Virus record (IMG/VR): IMGVR_UViG_3300021197_000841
Span: 1-64,000 of that record
Direction: 5' to 3' (one strand)
From: a virus
Length of the DNA stretch: 64,000 nt
Part shown: piece after piece, positions 34,901 through 45,523 of the stretch
Position numbering within the stretch: position 1 is the stretch's first letter
Layout of the letters: each line of letters begins with the position of its first letter
Notes under the pieces: model-generated
Told to the model about the DNA's origin: nothing
Databases searched by the model: none
Seen by the model: the letters and a program-made list of their open reading frames with translations, nothing else
Program-made: the position numbers and the translations under genes

Positions 34901-37900
34901 ATCTCTCCAATCAACACCTGTTGCTCTAACCCACTTGTTAAAATTATTTTCTAGTAAGTCGTTAATTTCAAACCAATCGTAATCTGTATCGCTATATTTT
35001 GAAGGTTTGAGATCTTTTATAAAACAGTACTCTTCTGATCTGTTTGCTTTTCTGTATTCGTCTTTTATATTATTATATATTAGTCTTTCAAAGTCTAAAA
35101 TAACTTGATCAATTTTATCACCTTGTCTAGGTACATAACTACCGTCATGGCATCTAATTACATCTAGGTCTTCTTGATAAGATGTATCTGAAATAAATGC
35201 TGGTTCGTATGCTGTTGCTATACCAAGTTTACTTAAACTTGCTGGTATCAATGCTGGTTCAGAATCTTCGTATATTCTTAGTTCTACAATATCATTCTTA
35301 TTCAATGATACACTACTGTCAAATTTTATATCTAGTGGTGTTGATGATTCTATTTTAAAATCTTTTTCAGAACATAATACAGAACCATTATGAGTAATAG
35401 TATATAATGTTGTATCTAAATTAATATTAACAGTATTACTAAATGTATAATCCAGTACTGATGCGTTGCTTACACTAACACTTGATGTAGTGTAGTTTGT
35501 ACCAATAGGTGCCATATAAGAAAGTTTATGAGCATCTTTTGAAATCTTAGAACTTTTAATAGTTTTAAGAATTGTGTCAATAATTTCTAAATTTGTTTGA
35601 CTAAGATAATCATTATTATTAAGATACGATTCTGCTGTACCAATAAACTTGTTTTTAAATTTAGTATATTCGTTGCTACCAAATCTTAGAGCGTTTACAA
35701 ACTCTCTGGATGGTGCTTTTGACATATACATTGCTGTAATTATATCGTCGGATGTTTGAGCAATCATTGCCTGTGTAGTTGCCGACTTGGCAGTATCTTT
35801 ATAATTGTTAGAGCCACTTACTGACCCAGTAAAGCCTGATTGGTTCTGTACTACTGTATGGAAATGACCGATCATATCACCAAAGGAAAGATTGTTAATT
35901 GATGTATTTTTAGGATTAAACTTTAATACTTCTGGTATTTCAAAAAATCCATACGCATCAATTGTGGTTAATCTATCTTCCTTTGTGTAGGTCTTAACAT
36001 TTATAAGATCGCCTTTTTGTAAAGTAACAGTATCTAATAATCTAATTCCTTGATCCTCGGTTACGATATTATAATCAGTTCCTAATTTTAATAATTCATC
36101 ATTCTTGTAAACAATAATATCATTATTATATGGTTTAGCACTAGTTACTAGTACATTACTTGATACTGTTGTATCAGTAATTTGAATTACATCTTCGACA
36201 TATTGCTTAGATGTTACTGGAAACTTGTCCTCATAATAATCATAATCAGCAATATCAAATTGACCTGCTGTAAGATCTGACTTTGCTACAAAATATGAGT
36301 TTTCAAACTTTACTACTTCGTCTTTGTGATATGTTGCTACACTATTAAAGTCTCTGTAATTTGATGGCAACTGTATTGGATGCCAATTATTTCTAAGTAA
36401 TGCGTTGTCTCTACCTTCGTAATCCTGATTTAAATCTTTAAAATAAAAATAACCTGGTATTGTAGTTGGGTCTGCTATAGCAGATGTTTTATACGTTACT
36501 GTATGATGCTCTAAATGATTATGGAACGTAGGTTCACTGCTAAACTTACCACTTTGATAAACAACATTTGCCTTTAAAACAGTATCATATGTTCCTGTAC
36601 TGTCGTTTGTATTATATGTAAATACTGGACAGCCTGTAAAATCACTATTTGGGTATTTTGCTATGTCGTCAACCTTAACACCCTCGTCATCGTATAACGT
36701 AAATTTAGGTGCTTGTTGAATTTTAATTTTTTGTTGTGCTTGTTCCCATCGATTACCATTCCAGAAATAGTCTTTACCTGCGTTGGTTCCGCCAGTACTA
36801 AAAACATGTCCGCCTGTTACCACAATTGACGATAATGATGTTACATCGTTAAATTTCATTAATCCTGTTTTATTAGTACCAATAGTTTTTACAGTTGCTT
36901 TACCAAGCACTATATTGTCTACACCTACAGTAATTAATATATCGCCAACTGAAGGTGTGGTTAGTTTATTTGCATAAATTATATTAGTGGTTGTAAGGCT
37001 ATCAGTGTCTGTTATAAGTCCAGATGTTGAAGCATTTCCTAATATAGGTGTTATATTACTTGATACACTGGCGTTTGCTATAGCATCAGTATCAGCAGAT
37101 GGAATAATTAATACCTTATCATCAATTGAAATTACTCCTGAAAAATTTTCTACTTCTAGTTCTTGTCCATGATTATATATTTTGTAAATTTTCTTTGCTG
37201 TAGTAGATTCGTTGTTAGGGAAAATTATTGTAGACCCGGCACTACCACTACTACTGTTTATAGGAAAGCCTATTGCTAACCCTTCTATTTCTTCTTTTGG
37301 CTTATCAGCAATAATGTCAACTGTGGATATAAAACTGTTACCCCAATTATGTAATTCCAGGTCTCTGTTAAATTCTAAAATTGGTCTTGTTGCTCTGATT
37401 GCTCCTACTGGTATACTAAAGTTAGAACTATTATCTGCTAATGGTTCTTTGAGAGAATCTGCGTGGTACCAGTAGTTTAATCTGCTCCACGGATTTTTAT
37501 TTTTAGAGCCTCTTTCTATTACCATATAGTCAGCAATATTCTGAATTGGTGTGTTATCCCATGTGCTAACTTCCCAAGCATACGATAATACGGCGCCTGT
37601 TTGACTAACATCATATTTAATTGTTTCAACGTTGGCTGTTTGTAATGTTGCTAGAACATTTGCGGCTGATTCTACATCGCCTGCCGCATTAAGAAATACC
37701 GGGTATAAAGTATAATTAAATTTACCTGTTCTTGGGTTTACAAAGTTATCACCTGATTTTTGACCACCGTATTCCGAAGTTCCTGTGTTTATATAAAACG
37801 TCTTAGTATCCGGTGTGCCTATAACAGTTGTTTCTGTTCCTGCTGTTAATGTTCCTATTGTTTTGTCAAAGAACACTTTTGCTCCTGTGGCCATTGAAGG

Positions 37901-39676
37901 CAACATACTAGGCATGTCATCTGAATATATTTGTACTTGATTATCTGACAAGTCACTACCGTAGTTTATAAAGGTAGCATTTGTATTTCTTGCTCTTGCT
38001 GTATCACTGCCGCTTAAAACAATATCAAAACTATTGCTAGTCTTATTTGATATCACATGACTTGATATATTGCTTGTATCAATTGCCGAAGTAGTACTGG
38101 CTAAACCAGATGTCCCACTGGCGCCAGCAAAAGGATTGTTTCTAGCATCACCTGTTACATTTGTAATTGTGACAGCATTACCGTTTGCTTCGATTATTTG
38201 TAAACTGCTTGTTGTAGCAATAGCACTTAAATTATCTATTCCTTCGTCGTTGATAGCATTCATTAAGTCTAAAGGAGATGCGATCAATGCCGCATCGTCA
38301 ACACCAGTATATGTGTTCAGGTCTGCAATTTTTAAATCTGATCCTAATGTACCGCTTTCAACTGTAATAGTTTTAGCACCTGATCCACTACTGATTGTAA
38401 ATTGTGGTTTTTGATTTTCAAAACTTATGCTGGTTTGTGAGTTAGTATATATTGTAATGCTATGACTAAGTACAACATTGTCAGCATTAACTGTTGTTAC
38501 AGTTGCTTGTCCTACTTCAGGATGGTTAACTGCTACACCAGGTTGTATGCCGCCTGTGCTACCTAGATATAATGTGTTTGTTATAATCTCAGAATCTACT
38601 GAACTATCGCCTCCGGCATTACTAAAAGTACTGGAAATATTTAAACTGGTTGTTGGTTTAGTACCATCAACTAAGGTTAAATATGTACCAACAAATCCAT
38701 ATGGTGTGCCAACATTGCTACTTATAACTTTATTTGTTGTATCGAATATATCTAATCTTACATTGTCACCATTAAGTAAGCCTTGTCCGTAGTCACCTGT
38801 GAACGTTGCTGTAATTGTTGTGCCTGCTGTATTAGTGTTTAGTTCTACTGGTCGTGCTATGCCAAAATCAAAAGTTGCGTGGTTGACATTTGTATTAGCA
38901 AATGTTAATATATTACTAACACCTAAAGATGCTATTGGATCTACGTTGCTCTGTGTGCCAGTGGATACTCCATTTGGTACAGCATTAGCATCATATGGCT
39001 GAGTTTTAAATTCGCCATAAGCACTTATTGTGGTTTCTGCTGTGGGCACGTCTTCTAGTATTATAGATCTACCTACTCCTTCTACAATATACGACTGGCC
39101 TATATTATAACTACCTGTAGTAATATGAGAACCAGCAAACTGTATTACCATACCTGACTTAAATACAACTCCATTGGGCGATGTATAGTTAGATGTACCT
39201 ATAATATCAGCAACAACTACTTGGACTGATGCGTTGCCTAAAACCTCAATAGGTTCTGGTCCTGCCGCATACCAATAGTAATTGTGATAATTTATAAACT
39301 TATCTAAATCAATCGGTGGAGCAAAATTGTATTGCTCTGTTTTAAAAATTCTATCATGGTTTCCTATCAACCCACCATTGGTTCTGTGATTGAAAATAAA
39401 GTCTTCATAGAAAACAAAATTGTCAGCCTTACCACTTGACCTATTAATAGTTGTAACAGTTGGCTCTAAATTATAAAACTCTCTGTTAGGTGCTGGTTGC
39501 TCTACAAAAACTGTATTAGGATTTGTGTCAACGTTTGGTATCTTCCTTCCTATATAGCCTGAAACATCTTCAATATTTGCTTTGGCAAATAATTGTTCTA
39601 CGGTGCTTTCAAAAAAGTTCTTGTTTACACCTGTCTGATGCTGTATTGGCAATAAGTCAAAATATTTTTTATTCAT
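16955..39676 (-). CDS. Giant (7573 aa) virion structural protein, baseplate-wedge associated
   Basis: Uninterrupted 22.7-kb ORF translationally coupled (TAATG) to the gp6-like gene; [14 protein letters not shown] and KPYTSKLR terminal motifs; beta-rich repeats; collagen segment. Confidence 0.85.
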   Translation of the reverse strand: MNKKYFDLLPIQHQTGVNKNFFESTVEQLFAKANIEDVSGYIGRKIPNVDTNPNTVFVEQPAPNREFYNLEPTVTTINRSSGKADNFVFYEDFIFNHRTNGGLIGNHDRIFKTEQYNFAPPIDLDKFINYHNYYWYAAGPEPIEVLGNASVQVVVADIIGTSNYTSPNGVVFKSGMVIQFAGSHITTGSYNIGQSYIVEGVGRSIILEDVPTAETTISAYGEFKTQPYDANAVPNGVSTGTQSNVDPIASLGVSNILTFANTNVNHATFDFGIARPVELNTNTAGTTITATFTGDYGQGLLNGDNVRLDIFDTTNKVISSNVGTPYGFVGTYLTLVDGTKPTTSLNISSTFSNAGGDSSVDSEIITNTLYLGSTGGIQPGVAVNHPEVGQATVTTVNADNVVLSHSITIYTNSQTSISFENQKPQFTISSGSGAKTITVESGTLGSDLKIADLNTYTGVDDAALIASPLDLMNAINDEGIDNLSAIATTSSLQIIEANGNAVTITNVTGDARNNPFAGASGTSGLASTTSAIDTSNISSHVISNKTSNSFDIVLSGSDTARARNTNATFINYGSDLSDNQVQIYSDDMPSMLPSMATGAKVFFDKTIGTLTAGTETTVIGTPDTKTFYINTGTSEYGGQKSGDNFVNPRTGKFNYTLYPVFLNAAGDVESAANVLATLQTANVETIKYDVSQTGAVLSYAWEVSTWDNTPIQNIADYMVIERGSKNKNPWSRLNYWYHADSLKEPLADNSSNFSIPVGAIRATRPILEFNRDLELHNWGNSFISTVDIIADKPKEEIEGLAIGFPINSSSGSAGSTIIFPNNESTTAKKIYKIYNHGQELEVENFSGVISIDDKVLIIPSADTDAIANASVSSNITPILGNASTSGLITDTDSLTTTNIIYANKLTTPSVGDILITVGVDNIVLGKATVKTIGTNKTGLMKFNDVTSLSSIVVTGGHVFSTGGTNAGKDYFWNGNRWEQAQQKIKIQQAPKFTLYDDEGVKVDDIAKYPNSDFTGCPVFTYNTNDSTGTYDTVLKANVVYQSGKFSSEPTFHNHLEHHTVTYKTSAIADPTTIPGYFYFKDLNQDYEGRDNALLRNNWHPIQLPSNYRDFNSVATYHKDEVVKFENSYFVAKSDLTAGQFDIADYDYYEDKFPVTSKQYVEDVIQITDTTVSSNVLVTSAKPYNNDIIVYKNDELLKLGTDYNIVTEDQGIRLLDTVTLQKGDLINVKTYTKEDRLTTIDAYGFFEIPEVLKFNPKNTSINNLSFGDMIGHFHTVVQNQSGFTGSVSGSNNYKDTAKSATTQAMIAQTSDDIITAMYMSKAPSREFVNALRFGSNEYTKFKNKFIGTAESYLNNNDYLSQTNLEIIDTILKTIKSSKISKDAHKLSYMAPIGTNYTTSSVSVSNASVLDYTFSNTVNINLDTTLYTITHNGSVLCSEKDFKIESSTPLDIKFDSSVSLNKNDIVELRIYEDSEPALIPASLSKLGIATAYEPAFISDTSYQEDLDVIRCHDGSYVPRQGDKIDQVILDFERLIYNNIKDEYRKANRSEEYCFIKDLKPSKYSDTDYDWFEINDLLENNFNKWVRATGVDWRDNSNYDSSNKFTWNYESDHKLPGHWRGVYEYYYDTQTPHTTPWEMFGYVKKPTWWSTQYPMAITSSYTSFWQNVQNGYIPAGDEKGYHKRWARPNVAIPVDSSGNLRPPQEITHTSVLASNITTRNNWKFGDGSPAEYAWKKSSYYPFAVAEAMYLARPALFFSTFYDKSDKVRFSASPLQAVSKSTRKRVGFDNYEPHGYINPENRNITIKFGLSTLTDSYLTFQSLNTNTEIANPIRTIDTRLGHKFGGFINDKNLKVFSDSLSVDGFSAGQRIPKEDVVTAVHTSGYNSRNFYTGVKVIKTATGYSVTGYDTVSQMFDIIPSDKSGPVQGVAEGGTPISHSNFNTETSYPVNSYVKLGSAYYRANEQVLPGTFNPSQWTRLADLPTEGGAQATLYQRPLSKTEKVPYNKHYERIEDVFDLLIGIGRFQKLSGYDFGEFDSSIADVNDWLLAGRRLLFWTTENHIQNDSIVLSPMANTITFESSTGKISEIKNSLKEQNSLVDSDGKMINIRDCSIVRQDNTITITAPTERQIFGCLIHTELVEHAAVFNNNTAFNDLIYNNVIGIRQERLEIHTQRSKNWDGRYNAEGLIISSSGSVLPNFDLLVDNIRLYHENGFQTIDPVKTDLARGLIGFEKNNSLANIKLSDSAQYDFYKGIIKNKGTANSITSVLRSNVVNTNKNIEISEEWAIKRGQFGDVFNHQSMDISLKQSDFITDNQQVEILYPENITGAVSNIFVYERNTTYFKTPTIEIDPPTKGNAALATAKLYSNALLESVTITSGGDGYSSKPNVAVITGNIVVARIDEVLQNGLAFSTADVDVPLTGTSALSNITITDYTTTSNTSVDIDLANARSLEHTVTQINKQLSLASVTDVVAFSDLDTDLEKASITDVTNVHNALPLLVTTGSVHGFNSPSNTRANASIQAITSASTAILTLFTANIGSSSFSTGDTVLLQNVVGGTGFNGLNNTTFYVKETGTDYQYELYTDKALSIGANTISNSGTANGGDAYASANVDFVKVKDLTSIPDGNYYVDHDPSRNYNVTINGVTVSRTGHSTTQFDLYQDPSLRLPVTYGSSISGDTGTLEVYGSGGDKRLYIRGSDFQLAESTLPGGNPSTSLSVLNMTPGRYQPQQRFPIQTANNTTINDIVVTIGGVGVTKSYFGFDNGDRSINLLSSSQLNSKISSDTFTVDLTGTSEMLDDNVVEIDGQYPYIEFYIDGKEIKNTPSYRAVNVSNAIAGTTRVTFSNVSQYANNININANVTISEMGTVQFNNTLTTDIPGAKLSIKSVANDTIIANTTSIRTYKVIDDDPTDNKITIDIDNTETMLKRPTNTVDKGIWPTTSNTIFSIPNAGYVNRANVEWEAFNIQNFDNIIASGKRTNPIEGQHLHLAKAENEDWNVYELVLHGEQNRAGGLVPAKNFVDTVNGQTTLFSNNPLSLYSDGNDINDLNNKRYFDNHIVVKNAELSNIVLKWSNEQLVATPRTVFTGMYVPLKRISRKITSVAPGATGVITEALPNTEARSTKRIFGKLQVPLSNVEFYRPAGVTKDRRIATVNNSVQITVDNIEGLEPGTGENDYPDNVYFYGAGATSANLTVGKKYPIDAVAGFVTDDNGAGTFYITEANITATSFARIGTGNCYVGFESVLRQDTRAEITGITPSTNKVVFKAGDLTDLTNSTNVSISTASDNSSVDTIPAQFYTVADVDTAAKTFSITSSDLRFHDASVAKSAHNKLSVLSVPMGGGIHVLITDGASDKIQGAWRDAVTIEGNATVKKFNTPDFVHFETDSTQFSGNVYPVIQSQVTSDSGTTYSSIAEPTGSAVTNSNVVVYKGEYQNLQGNITRLQSPSILHINNFDNTKIGTYGLGGFKFLNGNTKVSDDQVSNITNKEFIFSKPSATDSVDGLVVMNPSAGVKDLTTRFKVDIDKDTTNNTADIRLREDVTAGDLKKLLFTSSRNTTRKQDLLKGANINYGGSGGSKINEWSSKYNNKPMYIGALAGNNKLSFENIFSEPPESFRSIDNVELELEFRYVTPADLETLKQLTSPASLPRDPRRYLQNTNFDGENRSILPTDDSPIAFNKNVDVDWWVDTYTKPMNKPSLDGFRVDMSVIGGGNSSSSRNFSSRIELWKRYPGEHNSSNYAHPQSKYVTVSEIGGNINEANPVVKFNFNDRGAGISEGIEFLSRVENTSDYHGTQKYKNRHKLKSQNKQNQFDIQPHHPSATNRPLEWWSNDAKSVLVQGEANKFRIELGYDEGVSVYPSSIGEEYIIPIVIVKNIKVNYTLSPVTNLKLDNLRVSMIGGNLSQVVDRKIESVDNTFFTVDNSDNSIPADELSGDVKAVLYRIDENNNKQIIVNDLTSPIKMSDPTDKGYCATLFTTTDANSILNTGTVFGYVSDKPEHITTAGSFLVSIPNTSTTPITGILGNDLNADIKYLPLNYTGKNQPVITEVDVTIRMATYKNESKIYTDVEGMSNTDIVRINDTLNVSGIEGQANVTSVGKTYITIAKGSAQNIINHAIPVANASSLEIISNSSLNQNLVTFTDPLHDMIVGSKVIFSTTNNSDYLNNTSFIVKEVTQNTFKVSVANTSVIPTSDISSLKYAAVFNSPNGNLDVQYFVEPRKIYHLSCNNHNNIFGPEDNVTFYTGSVDTASLNGTTAEVFAGTDRSLSIALSTMPTALTSNLTIRYTDDLNKNVISLPPKYTINNLYGRVPSNEVQWASFTGDKEINISTFDSIGGINTNATFSGFLGNTIPSSETYLPINIFTATDFVSVDHGIGKYTIHAEVVSTTAASSEGLVNIRISNGGLGLYEKGKLKFSNSINGHALSGNEFDILDFIVIIDEDGDQGDQFYTIKAPGATATTNEFSVSYTAYRPNKDRAIKLTKNGKYTGFATPSAVTKDIITVETPYLGALPVDTEGYWVNDIILVKGTSDLGSEMKLRPRFDSMVISGAIQRNLNAKYRIAAQSMVSASPFSDDPDLGESTVIPVYGFANSDKRVDLKEQNVEYSLDSWNSVKVNGAKTTLINTKSIQDVSDSLNFAARYKEGVIQSTGSITAGFMFGSRNFKLDNPLNPAYNQKFVSVPNNLTNLEPVKFDTNNAGNAVKNGVPRYINQILVNNKSKLGSAALSGQYMIDQDNLGQIIDKGKKAGKLTRIGGGKSNAPTLDILSAKNKTVNEYHNNIMSSSTSPYLNKDVAKGAHNAYKKYAELQGMDGIYTGNPGYQTFNTVSAFGEPEGELIKLNGGGGGGGYSGGQGPQGPQGPQGPQGPQGPQGPQGPQGPVVDDGPDCGSFKISLYDINNAGEAAAVQDFDADLLAIAQQYYNFIIGGAGIGNENGSYYDTYDQGIRVGWRDFQAAGGNYSQWTQYLAYVNGSMATSEQKIKYNEAIVDLCEADPGYVKVLDGDLCSNSGEVMFLGNQRINLNDNCDPCALADGINSQNSDYRAICGEPTKEEVNCVIPGGGQGWGETAFGEVVDPTTGSNLIEESLRWGGKKPKVKGDNTRYLTDCWAEVENRHDPLTVRIPSSPPGKGFGMLVEQILNDRGVDPIEGGYRTIVLRLIPSSEKKGDIVNKTIQGSGSGTQPKWYDIRGYGNDTCNWINVDFKQMRSKGGKGLNLGGAEIRFKGFKPGISWYKLELQLSKQDDTSGSNPLTQRLKQMNYDLTKEGRNRHKPTRFGQNLVLGLLVRGTVFSYGGLEEYVKFEDYTNDETGWKYKKIVGYGEKMGGPDTGDEKDRSYYTRDNEGSGYFFTSLWDIHPVQQRRKAGCFTDIDIPVLQAVKIKSAVPFSLGMGCSRSPFAEVGDFMPYVEKKSVASANLALGANLTNEELQSKSTGTGFSAPKVLTTKASSGTIQLAESVGVPSQSNPFMTADYLRMDGLAITPRSGEGSRSGAFDANSNVAFNPGSIEDSTGFNYRIGDKLAIVGGQPKTLDNSAYYLDRVDIQNPGIGYNPADTRFEIVDKNDPKHKLPGVTVRGVYAPSTTGLQPTLKVAGRSATSYYHSFYREYIEQGGGTDKDWINSETVPNYIDTYSSSINELEIDRKRSDIALDELSAKDTFKISSRADLVNSSREYKLFVGTRDYENAGAMMMFGLGIHDKGELGTELIKNSKVYDVFNEIELSNLNGSWLCVWEIPNGTVFPNGHNPSTKFAAMPENTKGLLKVFHDAEVYDSDTSNEYKHFLSQTLTRFNGRIVTFLRVSNNRVFFKVETTLGLEKAPNFEAYGVPDFTNLWSRFYPIDTISEFQNQTTKTVTYQDQSEAHSLTTSVSIDMANSLNVTQVDSNTFKFDSVESGTDQYISVDVNASRQNSTLPISPIEQNWDIFVIQKDISQSYLRVPYTVHLPDELITITEDADGNEVRDVEPVPAFQLAKAMNKIHYNTVYRPMSSPYVKMGESEALVFKFNFDKIPDDAIIQDIDIDFIMRSTMPGDYGMIWLQAPDGTRMPLMQFLGKYGANGQNDQGGFMPGYDYKKNNNGPQEMIFSVTSKDQAETVQPNGVNLVSYGTKVKPWIGNWKRQAGNQGKDLNGTIYSSDYDSSNGTALTQATGAYWNNTNNVLRKWLQGGENVAYSTVIADPSSISLSTGITIEYTDRGTQTLTVPVTSTMSLQQVIDAVNNLNNKFIKARFSEGATNRWEIYSNDSDYKIVNADPRLGLTLTTYKIGKNRQIKGTWYVEVTRPGRVFNLINDSNILSRRPEGATNVGITEYTTAVKTPNIKISYVSPSEDPNYETANKDTITRLEIIQKGGFQAEFSMRNWIVKAIGSGQGFKARAILSKGELIAEDNPDIVEQSAQFEVAEINTSGSITKLRILDRGVYEIFPAEQERGIPLKYVDDGDASQRLEGPGFGARVIASSRSVIDCRQPPALVANNAGPARPETPAEALADVINEAIGPDGGLTADVVDINPDVQVLTFTSDGDGFDLEDVVPGTLDAIGIPTGEYSPQSIGFRSQIGNPGSDFGLGDGNNTGDGNPFNRSGDGDSLVMYNTTVPPEFEGLSSSAFGDIYKYDLSKVDDSSILNSKLQSDVDVLYFESRRYKGLYDNARSVGKTWIDEYDVTGWAHLEDGSVKLRQDALIDSSKLKNALIYQKDNGERVTDVILHDPFKGFIIPEAERNIEYISDGDPVYYNNDGSNFSKVNVGELWWNTSTMRVRWYEQANVDYRADYWGSYVTGSSFDVYEWIESKQTPSDYTGKGTPLSAMNYLVDQVFNTKTNTYSNTYYYWVKDIDSVPQNVKNRTISAKQVSRLLESPRAERLPTYGVADNNTMVFNNIKTYLTDDNSVLQTNFSRKDTKYENKHESYILLGENAELSRIPREFINKLIDSLAGEDKQGNVVPDIHLNKFEKYGISIRPRQTMFMKVTEAKRTARSFLNRELAKIILTGDVYKGWNAYVSTSNLYEVTDWVKEGYTSSNVKARLNVTTLKDMFALTGIDDGVFVQVVDNINPDRIFEYNGVTDDYELVKVINGTIQIKKEFYNGAQNSVLATEIRQLIDAIITNVFKSTNLTNKLYFTMLNYILTEQYQTEWFFKSSYFNIRQSADNLEQKITTKIDPFGDMSDYIKTVKPYTSKLRDFNDRKTHTEITKSFATDFDKPPYQPNLSVQARILDPNSVADANIISTDSEYSNWGNATLNSTTKIRTFTEKVYIDRNQSDIIALGDASNVSLANAYSQPTSLTAEARMSQLLTDSANATPINHIERLFVYHPTIMDLNTKIANTSFSNDIITGLKATRLTTLKILAYADFNGEELNADLFSKSYYDRIGNEILATEFGYDQTAFDGDGYDSDTVVNNYMANTTLDSELVRDSITYAGFDSNTFFKGYAGPARPPEHVLFNAFEGLQFNVQSGSQSGGANVSYKMFLGLNGSVEYTRISNEFKTTLATAISKTDSTIILTDATKVTLPFSGSKASVIYIGDERITFGAIDGNVLKDVSRGTLGTSVESHPAGTKVIDASEQNRIEIGSQAFSSSNNDPEEAYWNQANVALADSTTTIARFLKDKPGSYFD
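25088..25177 (-). repeat. Collagen-like Gly-X-Y repeat, GGQ(GPQ)8GPV
   Basis: Nine 9-bp units TGGTCC(T/C)TG at 25091-25171; preceded in the protein by poly-Gly. Confidence 0.95.
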
Positions 39677-42600
39677 TAGTAACTACTTCCGCTTGATCCA
39701 CTACTACTGCTACCACTACTAGAAGAACTACTTGACGAACTGCTCGTAGCAGTTGTACTAGTTGTTCCCTCAGTTGGTGCTGTTGATTGTTTTAAATTGA
39801 TGCTTGTTAAACTCTTAACAACTTCTACGTTGTCGACTGTGGCTGTACTCATAAAGAATTCGTCTGGCTCACACCTGACTTGATATAAGTCTCCAAAGTT
39901 AGATTGTGCTTTACTTGGTACTATAACTACAGTTGCTACTTGTCCGCCTAATTCTTGGTGGATAAAAGCACTTAGTTCTGAGAAGTAAAATGTTTCTCCA
40001 AAGTCCCAGTTTGAAATACTAAAATATTGATCTATTAATTCAAGTACAGCACTTCTAATTTCTGTATCGCTTGTTGTAGTATTTGGTAATTTTACTACTT
40101 TAATTTGTGCCTGTACTTCTTCGCCGGCATCCGAACCAAACAGCAATTTAAATTTGCCACTTGTGAATACCATCTGATCACTTAAACTTTTATAATTGTC
40201 TAAGGACGATAATTCTTGTGCTAGTTCATCTGACGTAGGATGCTCTGGTAATTTACTAACAACTTTATTTTTGTATTCTATCATACTATTGTAAAAACTT
40301 TTTGTAATAACAAACATTTCTATGATGTTACTGATGCTTGGATCTATTCGAACATCTGATGGCGCAAAATGATTCCATTTAAAACTACAATTTCGTGGAC
40401 GAGGTTCTAATATATTTTGTGTAAATGATCGTCCTGGCTTAACATTATACGCATTGTTTTCTGATAGTATAACTAGTTTAGGTGTTGTTAAATCATTTAT
40501 TAATTCGTAGACCTTAGGTAGTTTTGCTACTGGGAATACTAATTTATGTATTAATTTACCTACACTATTACCTAAAAACTGTTGTGCTATTTCTAAACTT
40601 TTTACATATATTAAATCAAAATCTGAAAATTTTGTTGTGTCATCTGGGTTTGAACCAGGTGCTATGGTTTCTAAACCAAAGTTTACACTAATTTCGTCTT
40701 CTGCTTGTAAATCTAAAATTTTAAATTTAGCAGGCTTCTCATAACTATAACCATCTAGATCAACTTTAGTTTCAAAAAATACAAAATCTGTTGAAGCGAC
40801 AAAGTCGTCAAATAGTGATGGATTATCTGGGAATCCGTCATAATTGCTGTCTAAAGGAGCAACTATCATTTTTGATGGATCTGAATATCCATCGTTATAC
40901 TTGTATGGGTCAACTACTTCAAACTGTAATGGCTCGTCTAATGTTTCTTTAGAATTTCTATAAATTACATCAAGTCTGTCCTTGTGCCTAAATCCTTGCC
41001 ATCTATTTGTTAAAGTATCAAAATCCGAAATCTTAATACTGCTGTTTGATAATAAGTCAATATGTCCTTCATTTGAATAAGCACCTACTTCATACGAGGT
41101 TGTTGTAGCATTGCCTTGATATGTTTTATAACTGGAACTACCAATGTCCCACTTAACATACGCAATGTTGCCATTTGCTCCGCCGGTTACACTTTCGCCT
41201 ATTTGCGATACTGGTATTTGTATTTCGCTTGGGAAAGTTGTAAGTGTGCCGCTATTAGTTCTAACTACTGCTTTACCTGTAGAAGCACTAACTGGATCTA
41301 CCTTAATGGGTATTTCTACCGGGGATATAAAGTCACCTTGGGCATAATTAGATGAACCACTTATTGTTGTTTCACCGTTCTGTAATATACCAAAGTTACT
41401 AATAAATCTTAATTCTAAGTCTTTTGCTTTAGAGTTTCTGCCTCTTAAAACAATGTTTTGACTTGCGCCTGATGGCATATATGTTGCGTCGGAATCAACT
41501 AACTTCCATGAATCTGATATTCCGTCCTCGTCAGTGTCTTCCCAAATATATGTTTCTTTAATCTGAGGCTTAAAATTCTCTGTGGTTAATTCTATGATGT
41601 CTTTTTTAATTTTACCTGTTGTGCTATCATATGTTTTTTCATCATTGCTAAAATAAAATTTAATATCATTTAAACTTTCAAAAATATACCTAGAACCTCT
41701 GCTGGTAAATGTATACTTAGAAATAGTACCTTGAGATTCGGCCATGTTATATTCTGCTTTGATTAGCCAACTAGCACCTGACTCTCTTTGAGCAACAAAA
41801 TTTTTGTCTTTCTGTAATTGGGTGTTATCAATAATGTACCAATGACTATCAGCAACATTTATTGGATTGTAATCGTAACCTATACCAAAGTCTTCGTTGG
41901 CTTTAATCTTGTTTTGAAACTCTACAGCAATGTCCTGCTCTAATAAGTCTGCGTTTAGTGACGGTAGTATTTCATATGCTAACCAGCCATTTGGAATATC
42001 TCTACTTAATTTAACTACTCCTGTTGAAATTGCTAATTCGTTTAACGGTACAGCACTATTTTGTATTTCTGTAATACTGGCTAACAATTGATCTGTTGGA
42101 TCATTTGGATTTCTAAATCTCAAATACGATCCTTCTTGAATAATTCTGTTATCATTAGCACTATTGTTTAGAATTTCTCTTGTTCCGCCATTTAGTGTTG
42201 TGAAATAACCTGTTTCATTTTTAGGAGCACTTGGTTGTGTTTTCCATAATATATCTTTTTGTAATAAGTCAAACGCACCTGGGTTACTAGCATTGTGTAC
42301 TTTTCTAAAGTCATCGTAAATGTAGTTTTGTAAACTATAATGCTTAGTTATATTACTAATATCATCCTTTAGAATTTGTGTTTCTGTTTTATTCAATCCA
42401 AAAGTAATAAACGTTTGAAATGGTTCGTCGTCTTTGTACAATGCGCCATCATCAGCATATGAAGTAACTTTACTAAATCTACCTGTAGGATCTTCAATAT
42501 CAATATACCTACTATGCCCAGCATGTGTTCTGTTTGTTGCTTTTAATTTTAATATGTTTACACTCTGACTTAATGGATAAACATTATAGTCCTGAGCACT

Positions 42601-43896
42601 TACCATTCTATCTTGAGTGTAGTATGTTTGGGGAGCATTGTTTTTAATACTACCTAAACTTTCTGCTGGTGCTGAATTAAATACTGAATTCTGTAATTCT
42701 AAACTAATTGTTAAATTATGTAATTCGTTTGCCGAATTGAAATAAGGTATGTCTATTGTCAAGTTGTTAAAGTTTTCTGGTCTTAAAGTTAATGATGTGC
42801 CAGCACTTTTTCTATAGTATAATCTAAATATGCCTGTTGGTACATTACCAAGGTTACCATCTGAAAATTTAATTCGTATGCCGTCGTTAATAGTGTTTTC
42901 TACACTATACACATTTCTATCATTTAATGACAACGAGTTGTATGCTAATGTTTGTCCTGTTAGATTAGGTACTTGTTTCCATGATGTTTTTCTTACAGCA
43001 TTTTCATCTAATTGCTGAAAGTATACATCTGTTTCGTTAATGTTTGTATCATTAACGTCAATAAATCTGTTTGCTAATGCTCTATCAAATATATAATCTT
43101 CAAATATAAGTTCGCCTTGCTTAAACATAAAAAAGAAACCAGTGTTAGCACTATCTAATCCTTTCTTATCATTTCTATATACAAATCTAATTGGCTGATA
43201 AACATCTGGTTGTGCTTCTCTGAAAACATTATTCTCGTTAATGTCCGAACTTACTATTTCAAAAGGATATGTTTCGCCGTTTACACTTGCTTGAAACTCA
43301 TACCCTATAGTTTTACCTGTTTGGCTGTTGAGAGCATATATTTCTGTTGGGATTGTTCCTACATTTTTTGATATAATAGGTTTAGTAAACGGATTATTAT
43401 TTGTCATAGCACTATTAAGAATAGCAACAAACTTATCAAAACTATCAGGGTCTTCTTCGTCGTCCCATTCTATAGTAGTATTTTGTAAATTAACACCCGA
43501 AGTATCTAATATTGGTTCGGTTGTAGATATTGCTGTTACTTTGATTAATCCACTTGCTGGTATATTACGTTTAGGAGTGTATCCTAACATATTAGCAAGT
43601 CTTAAAATACTGTCTTTGCTTTCTGCTGTTGATAAAAAGTTTTCTCTAGTGTTTAGATCTACTCTGAATGCTAAACTTTGTGACAGGTACGAAAGCAATT
43701 CAATGATTGCTACAAACTCTGAACTTTCAATATAGTCATTGAAACTTTCAGGATAATTTTCCCTTATATAGTTTAACATCGCCGATCTCATTGTACTGAA
43801 ATCGTATGCTTTAAAACTTACATTTGTATAAGCCGAGTAGGCTACTTCCCAATTCTCCGCGGCAAATAAATTACTATTTCTTTTACTGATTGCCAT
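39676..43896 (-). CDS. gp6: Baseplate wedge subunit (T4 gp6-like)
   Basis: YDF..MR...YPESFND..ESS...ELLSY...ENFLSTAE...SILRLA.MLGY.P; QDRMVSAQDY; WDFGETFYFSEL. Confidence 0.8.
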   Translation of the reverse strand: MAISKRNSNLFAAENWEVAYSAYTNVSFKAYDFSTMRSAMLNYIRENYPESFNDYIESSEFVAIIELLSYLSQSLAFRVDLNTRENFLSTAESKDSILRLANMLGYTPKRNIPASGLIKVTAISTTEPILDTSGVNLQNTTIEWDDEEDPDSFDKFVAILNSAMTNNNPFTKPIISKNVGTIPTEIYALNSQTGKTIGYEFQASVNGETYPFEIVSSDINENNVFREAQPDVYQPIRFVYRNDKKGLDSANTGFFFMFKQGELIFEDYIFDRALANRFIDVNDTNINETDVYFQQLDENAVRKTSWKQVPNLTGQTLAYNSLSLNDRNVYSVENTINDGIRIKFSDGNLGNVPTGIFRLYYRKSAGTSLTLRPENFNNLTIDIPYFNSANELHNLTISLELQNSVFNSAPAESLGSIKNNAPQTYYTQDRMVSAQDYNVYPLSQSVNILKLKATNRTHAGHSRYIDIEDPTGRFSKVTSYADDGALYKDDEPFQTFITFGLNKTETQILKDDISNITKHYSLQNYIYDDFRKVHNASNPGAFDLLQKDILWKTQPSAPKNETGYFTTLNGGTREILNNSANDNRIIQEGSYLRFRNPNDPTDQLLASITEIQNSAVPLNELAISTGVVKLSRDIPNGWLAYEILPSLNADLLEQDIAVEFQNKIKANEDFGIGYDYNPINVADSHWYIIDNTQLQKDKNFVAQRESGASWLIKAEYNMAESQGTISKYTFTSRGSRYIFESLNDIKFYFSNDEKTYDSTTGKIKKDIIELTTENFKPQIKETYIWEDTDEDGISDSWKLVDSDATYMPSGASQNIVLRGRNSKAKDLELRFISNFGILQNGETTISGSSNYAQGDFISPVEIPIKVDPVSASTGKAVVRTNSGTLTTFPSEIQIPVSQIGESVTGGANGNIAYVKWDIGSSSYKTYQGNATTTSYEVGAYSNEGHIDLLSNSSIKISDFDTLTNRWQGFRHKDRLDVIYRNSKETLDEPLQFEVVDPYKYNDGYSDPSKMIVAPLDSNYDGFPDNPSLFDDFVASTDFVFFETKVDLDGYSYEKPAKFKILDLQAEDEISVNFGLETIAPGSNPDDTTKFSDFDLIYVKSLEIAQQFLGNSVGKLIHKLVFPVAKLPKVYELINDLTTPKLVILSENNAYNVKPGRSFTQNILEPRPRNCSFKWNHFAPSDVRIDPSISNIIEMFVITKSFYNSMIEYKNKVVSKLPEHPTSDELAQELSSLDNYKSLSDQMVFTSGKFKLLFGSDAGEEVQAQIKVVKLPNTTTSDTEIRSAVLELIDQYFSISNWDFGETFYFSELSAFIHQELGGQVATVVIVPSKAQSNFGDLYQVRCEPDEFFMSTATVDNVEVVKSLTSINLKQSTAPTEGTTSTTATSSSSSSSSSSGSSSSGSSGSSY

Positions 43897-44270
43897 TAAA
43901 CACTATCCCCTTCAAAATTAAAATCAAATTCGGCTATGAGTGTATCTTCTGTTAGATTTGCTTTATATTGTAAATACATTTCAACTCGTAAAGTATGCTC
44001 TAATTCTGCTACATTTAGATTGATTAATGATACTCTAGGATCGCCATTTACTATTCTTATACAGTCATCTTCTATATCTTGTACAGTCAACGCATCTAAT
44101 GGTTGCATTAGACTTTCTTTGATTATGGAGCCAAAATTTGGCCTCATGACTCTCTCACCCTTACTGGTGTTTAATTGATTAAGTAAATCCTGTTTAACTA
44201 AGTCTAGATCGACTAGGTTGAATGGTGGTTTTACTTTTCCGTCTGTACTAAATCCAATAAATGTAGCCAT
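43896..44270 (-). CDS. gp25: Baseplate wedge / sheath initiator (gp25-like)
   Basis: LVKQDLLN.L.TSKGERVMRPNFGS...DPRV. Confidence 0.85.
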   Translation of the reverse strand: MATFIGFSTDGKVKPPFNLVDLDLVKQDLLNQLNTSKGERVMRPNFGSIIKESLMQPLDALTVQDIEDDCIRIVNGDPRVSLINLNVAELEHTLRVEMYLQYKANLTEDTLIAEFDFNFEGDSV

Positions 44271-44275
44271 ACAAG

Positions 44276-44281
44276 TATTTA
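44276..44281 (-). promoter_or_regulatory. Putative late promoter, leaderless
   Basis: GATAAATA-CTTGT-ATG. Confidence 0.65.
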
Positions 44282-44329
44282 TCAGGTTTATTAACGGATG
44301 CTTTAATGATGGGGGTTTTTAAGTAGGTT

Positions 44330-44887
44330 TTACGACTTAGACTGTAGATACTGTAAAGCCTTGGCTTGCATTTCAGGATCTAATTTATCTAACGCACCTT
44401 TAAGAGCGGCATCTTCCGGAGAAAGTGTACCGTCGCCGTTCTCATCGCCTTTAACTTGTGAGTCTGAACCTGTCTCGTCGCCGTTAACTTGTGAGTCTGA
44501 ACCTGCTCCTGTGTCGTTCATGTCTTTGTATACCATTGCCATGAATACTTTATCTACATCTTCCGGAGTTAGTATTCTGGTTCCTTTGAGTAAAGGTGCT
44601 ATAGAGTTAAGTCCTTGTGCTAGGGGATTAGAAATTTGGTATTTCTCTTTTAAAAATTTGGCGAGCTCGTTGCCTGTGGTCACAGTTATGTCTGCCTGGG
44701 GGAATCTTCTGGTTTTCCATTTGATAAAGTCATTGGATATTTTTTTAGCAAGAGGTTTTGCCTGTTTTATTTCTTTGTTTGCTAGCCGCCTGGTGCCAAA
44801 GTTTTTTATACCCTGCTTTACGCCGGCATACCTTTGTTTTATGTCGTCTAGACCAAATTCGTTAATAATTACTTCATCAATACGCAT
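44330..44887 (-). CDS. Hypothetical late protein, possibly an internal head protein
   Basis: AGGAG RBS and GATAAATA (44908-44915) place the start at MRIDEVIINE. Confidence 0.7.
   Translation of the reverse strand: MRIDEVIINEFGLDDIKQRYAGVKQGIKNFGTRRLANKEIKQAKPLAKKISNDFIKWKTRRFPQADITVTTGNELAKFLKEKYQISNPLAQGLNSIAPLLKGTRILTPEDVDKVFMAMVYKDMNDTGAGSDSQVNGDETGSDSQVKGDENGDGTLSPEDAALKGALDKLDPEMQAKALQYLQSKS
44441..44506. repeat. 33-bp tandem duplication (encodes GSDSQV(N/K)GDE)
   Basis: TTAACTTGTGAGTCTGAACCTG occurs twice, 33 bp apart. Confidence 0.9.
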
Positions 44888-44969
44888 AGTATTTTTCTCC
44901 TGCCAGTTATTTATCACTTTTTTGTATCTTGGTGCTTAAATATATGTTGAACTTATACAAGGAATATAT

Positions 44970-45521
44970 ATGAAATATGTTTTAGCAGTTGCTCTTGCTG
45001 AAGAACTCGAGGGCATTAAAGGTGATTATAATATAATCTATACTGGTGTAGGCAAGGTCAATGCCGCAATTACACTTACTAAATACCTATCAGAAAATCC
45101 AGACACAGAATTAGTAATCAATTACGGTACTGCTGGTGGTGTTGATCCTGATATGAAAGGTATGCTCCATATAGGCAAATTTGTACAAGCAGATATGGAT
45201 TGTAGAGAATTTGGGTTTGAAAACTTTCAAACACCGTTTGAGTCACTAACAACGCAAATAGTGGTTGACCATAACGGTTTTACATGTTATACTCAGGATA
45301 AGTTTGCCACAGTTGCACCCGAAGGGTATTGTAATTGTGTCGACATGGAATCATACGCACTAGCAAAAGTATGTACGATTTTTGATATTAAATTTAAATG
45401 TATGAAGTTTATTAGTGATATTATAGGACAAGGAGATCAAACGTCAGAATGGGAAGCCAATAAGTCGTTAGGTGTAGAAATGTTTGAAAGTTCACTGAAA
45501 GACTTAATTGGAGAAAAATAA
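44970..45521 (+). CDS. mtnN: 5'-methylthioadenosine/S-adenosylhomocysteine nucleosidase-like (PNP/UDP family)
   Basis: TGVGKVNAA, INYGTAG, VQADMD, VDMESYALAKVC, KFISD. Confidence 0.8.
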   Translation: MKYVLAVALAEELEGIKGDYNIIYTGVGKVNAAITLTKYLSENPDTELVINYGTAGGVDPDMKGMLHIGKFVQADMDCREFGFENFQTPFESLTTQIVVDHNGFTCYTQDKFATVAPEGYCNCVDMESYALAKVCTIFDIKFKCMKFISDIIGQGDQTSEWEANKSLGVEMFESSLKDLIGEK

Positions 45522-45523
45522 AA

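Noticed and set aside
16955-39676. Intein or intron explaining the giant ORF size
   Set aside because: No intein splice-junction or LAGLIDADG motifs recognised; a HINT-domain HMM scan would be decisive
17001-43735. Many 60-170 aa + strand ORFs opposite the giant and gp6-like genes
   Set aside because: Antisense shadows of the long minus-strand frames; no RBS, no motifs, composition mirrors the sense codons
44361-44939. 192-aa + strand ORF
   Set aside because: Fully antisense to 44330..44887, which has the RBS and late promoter
44918-45523. Cobalamin riboswitch upstream of the BtuB-like gene
   Set aside because: Only 2 nt separate it from mtnN, and the short region upstream of mtnN has no B12-box-like sequence
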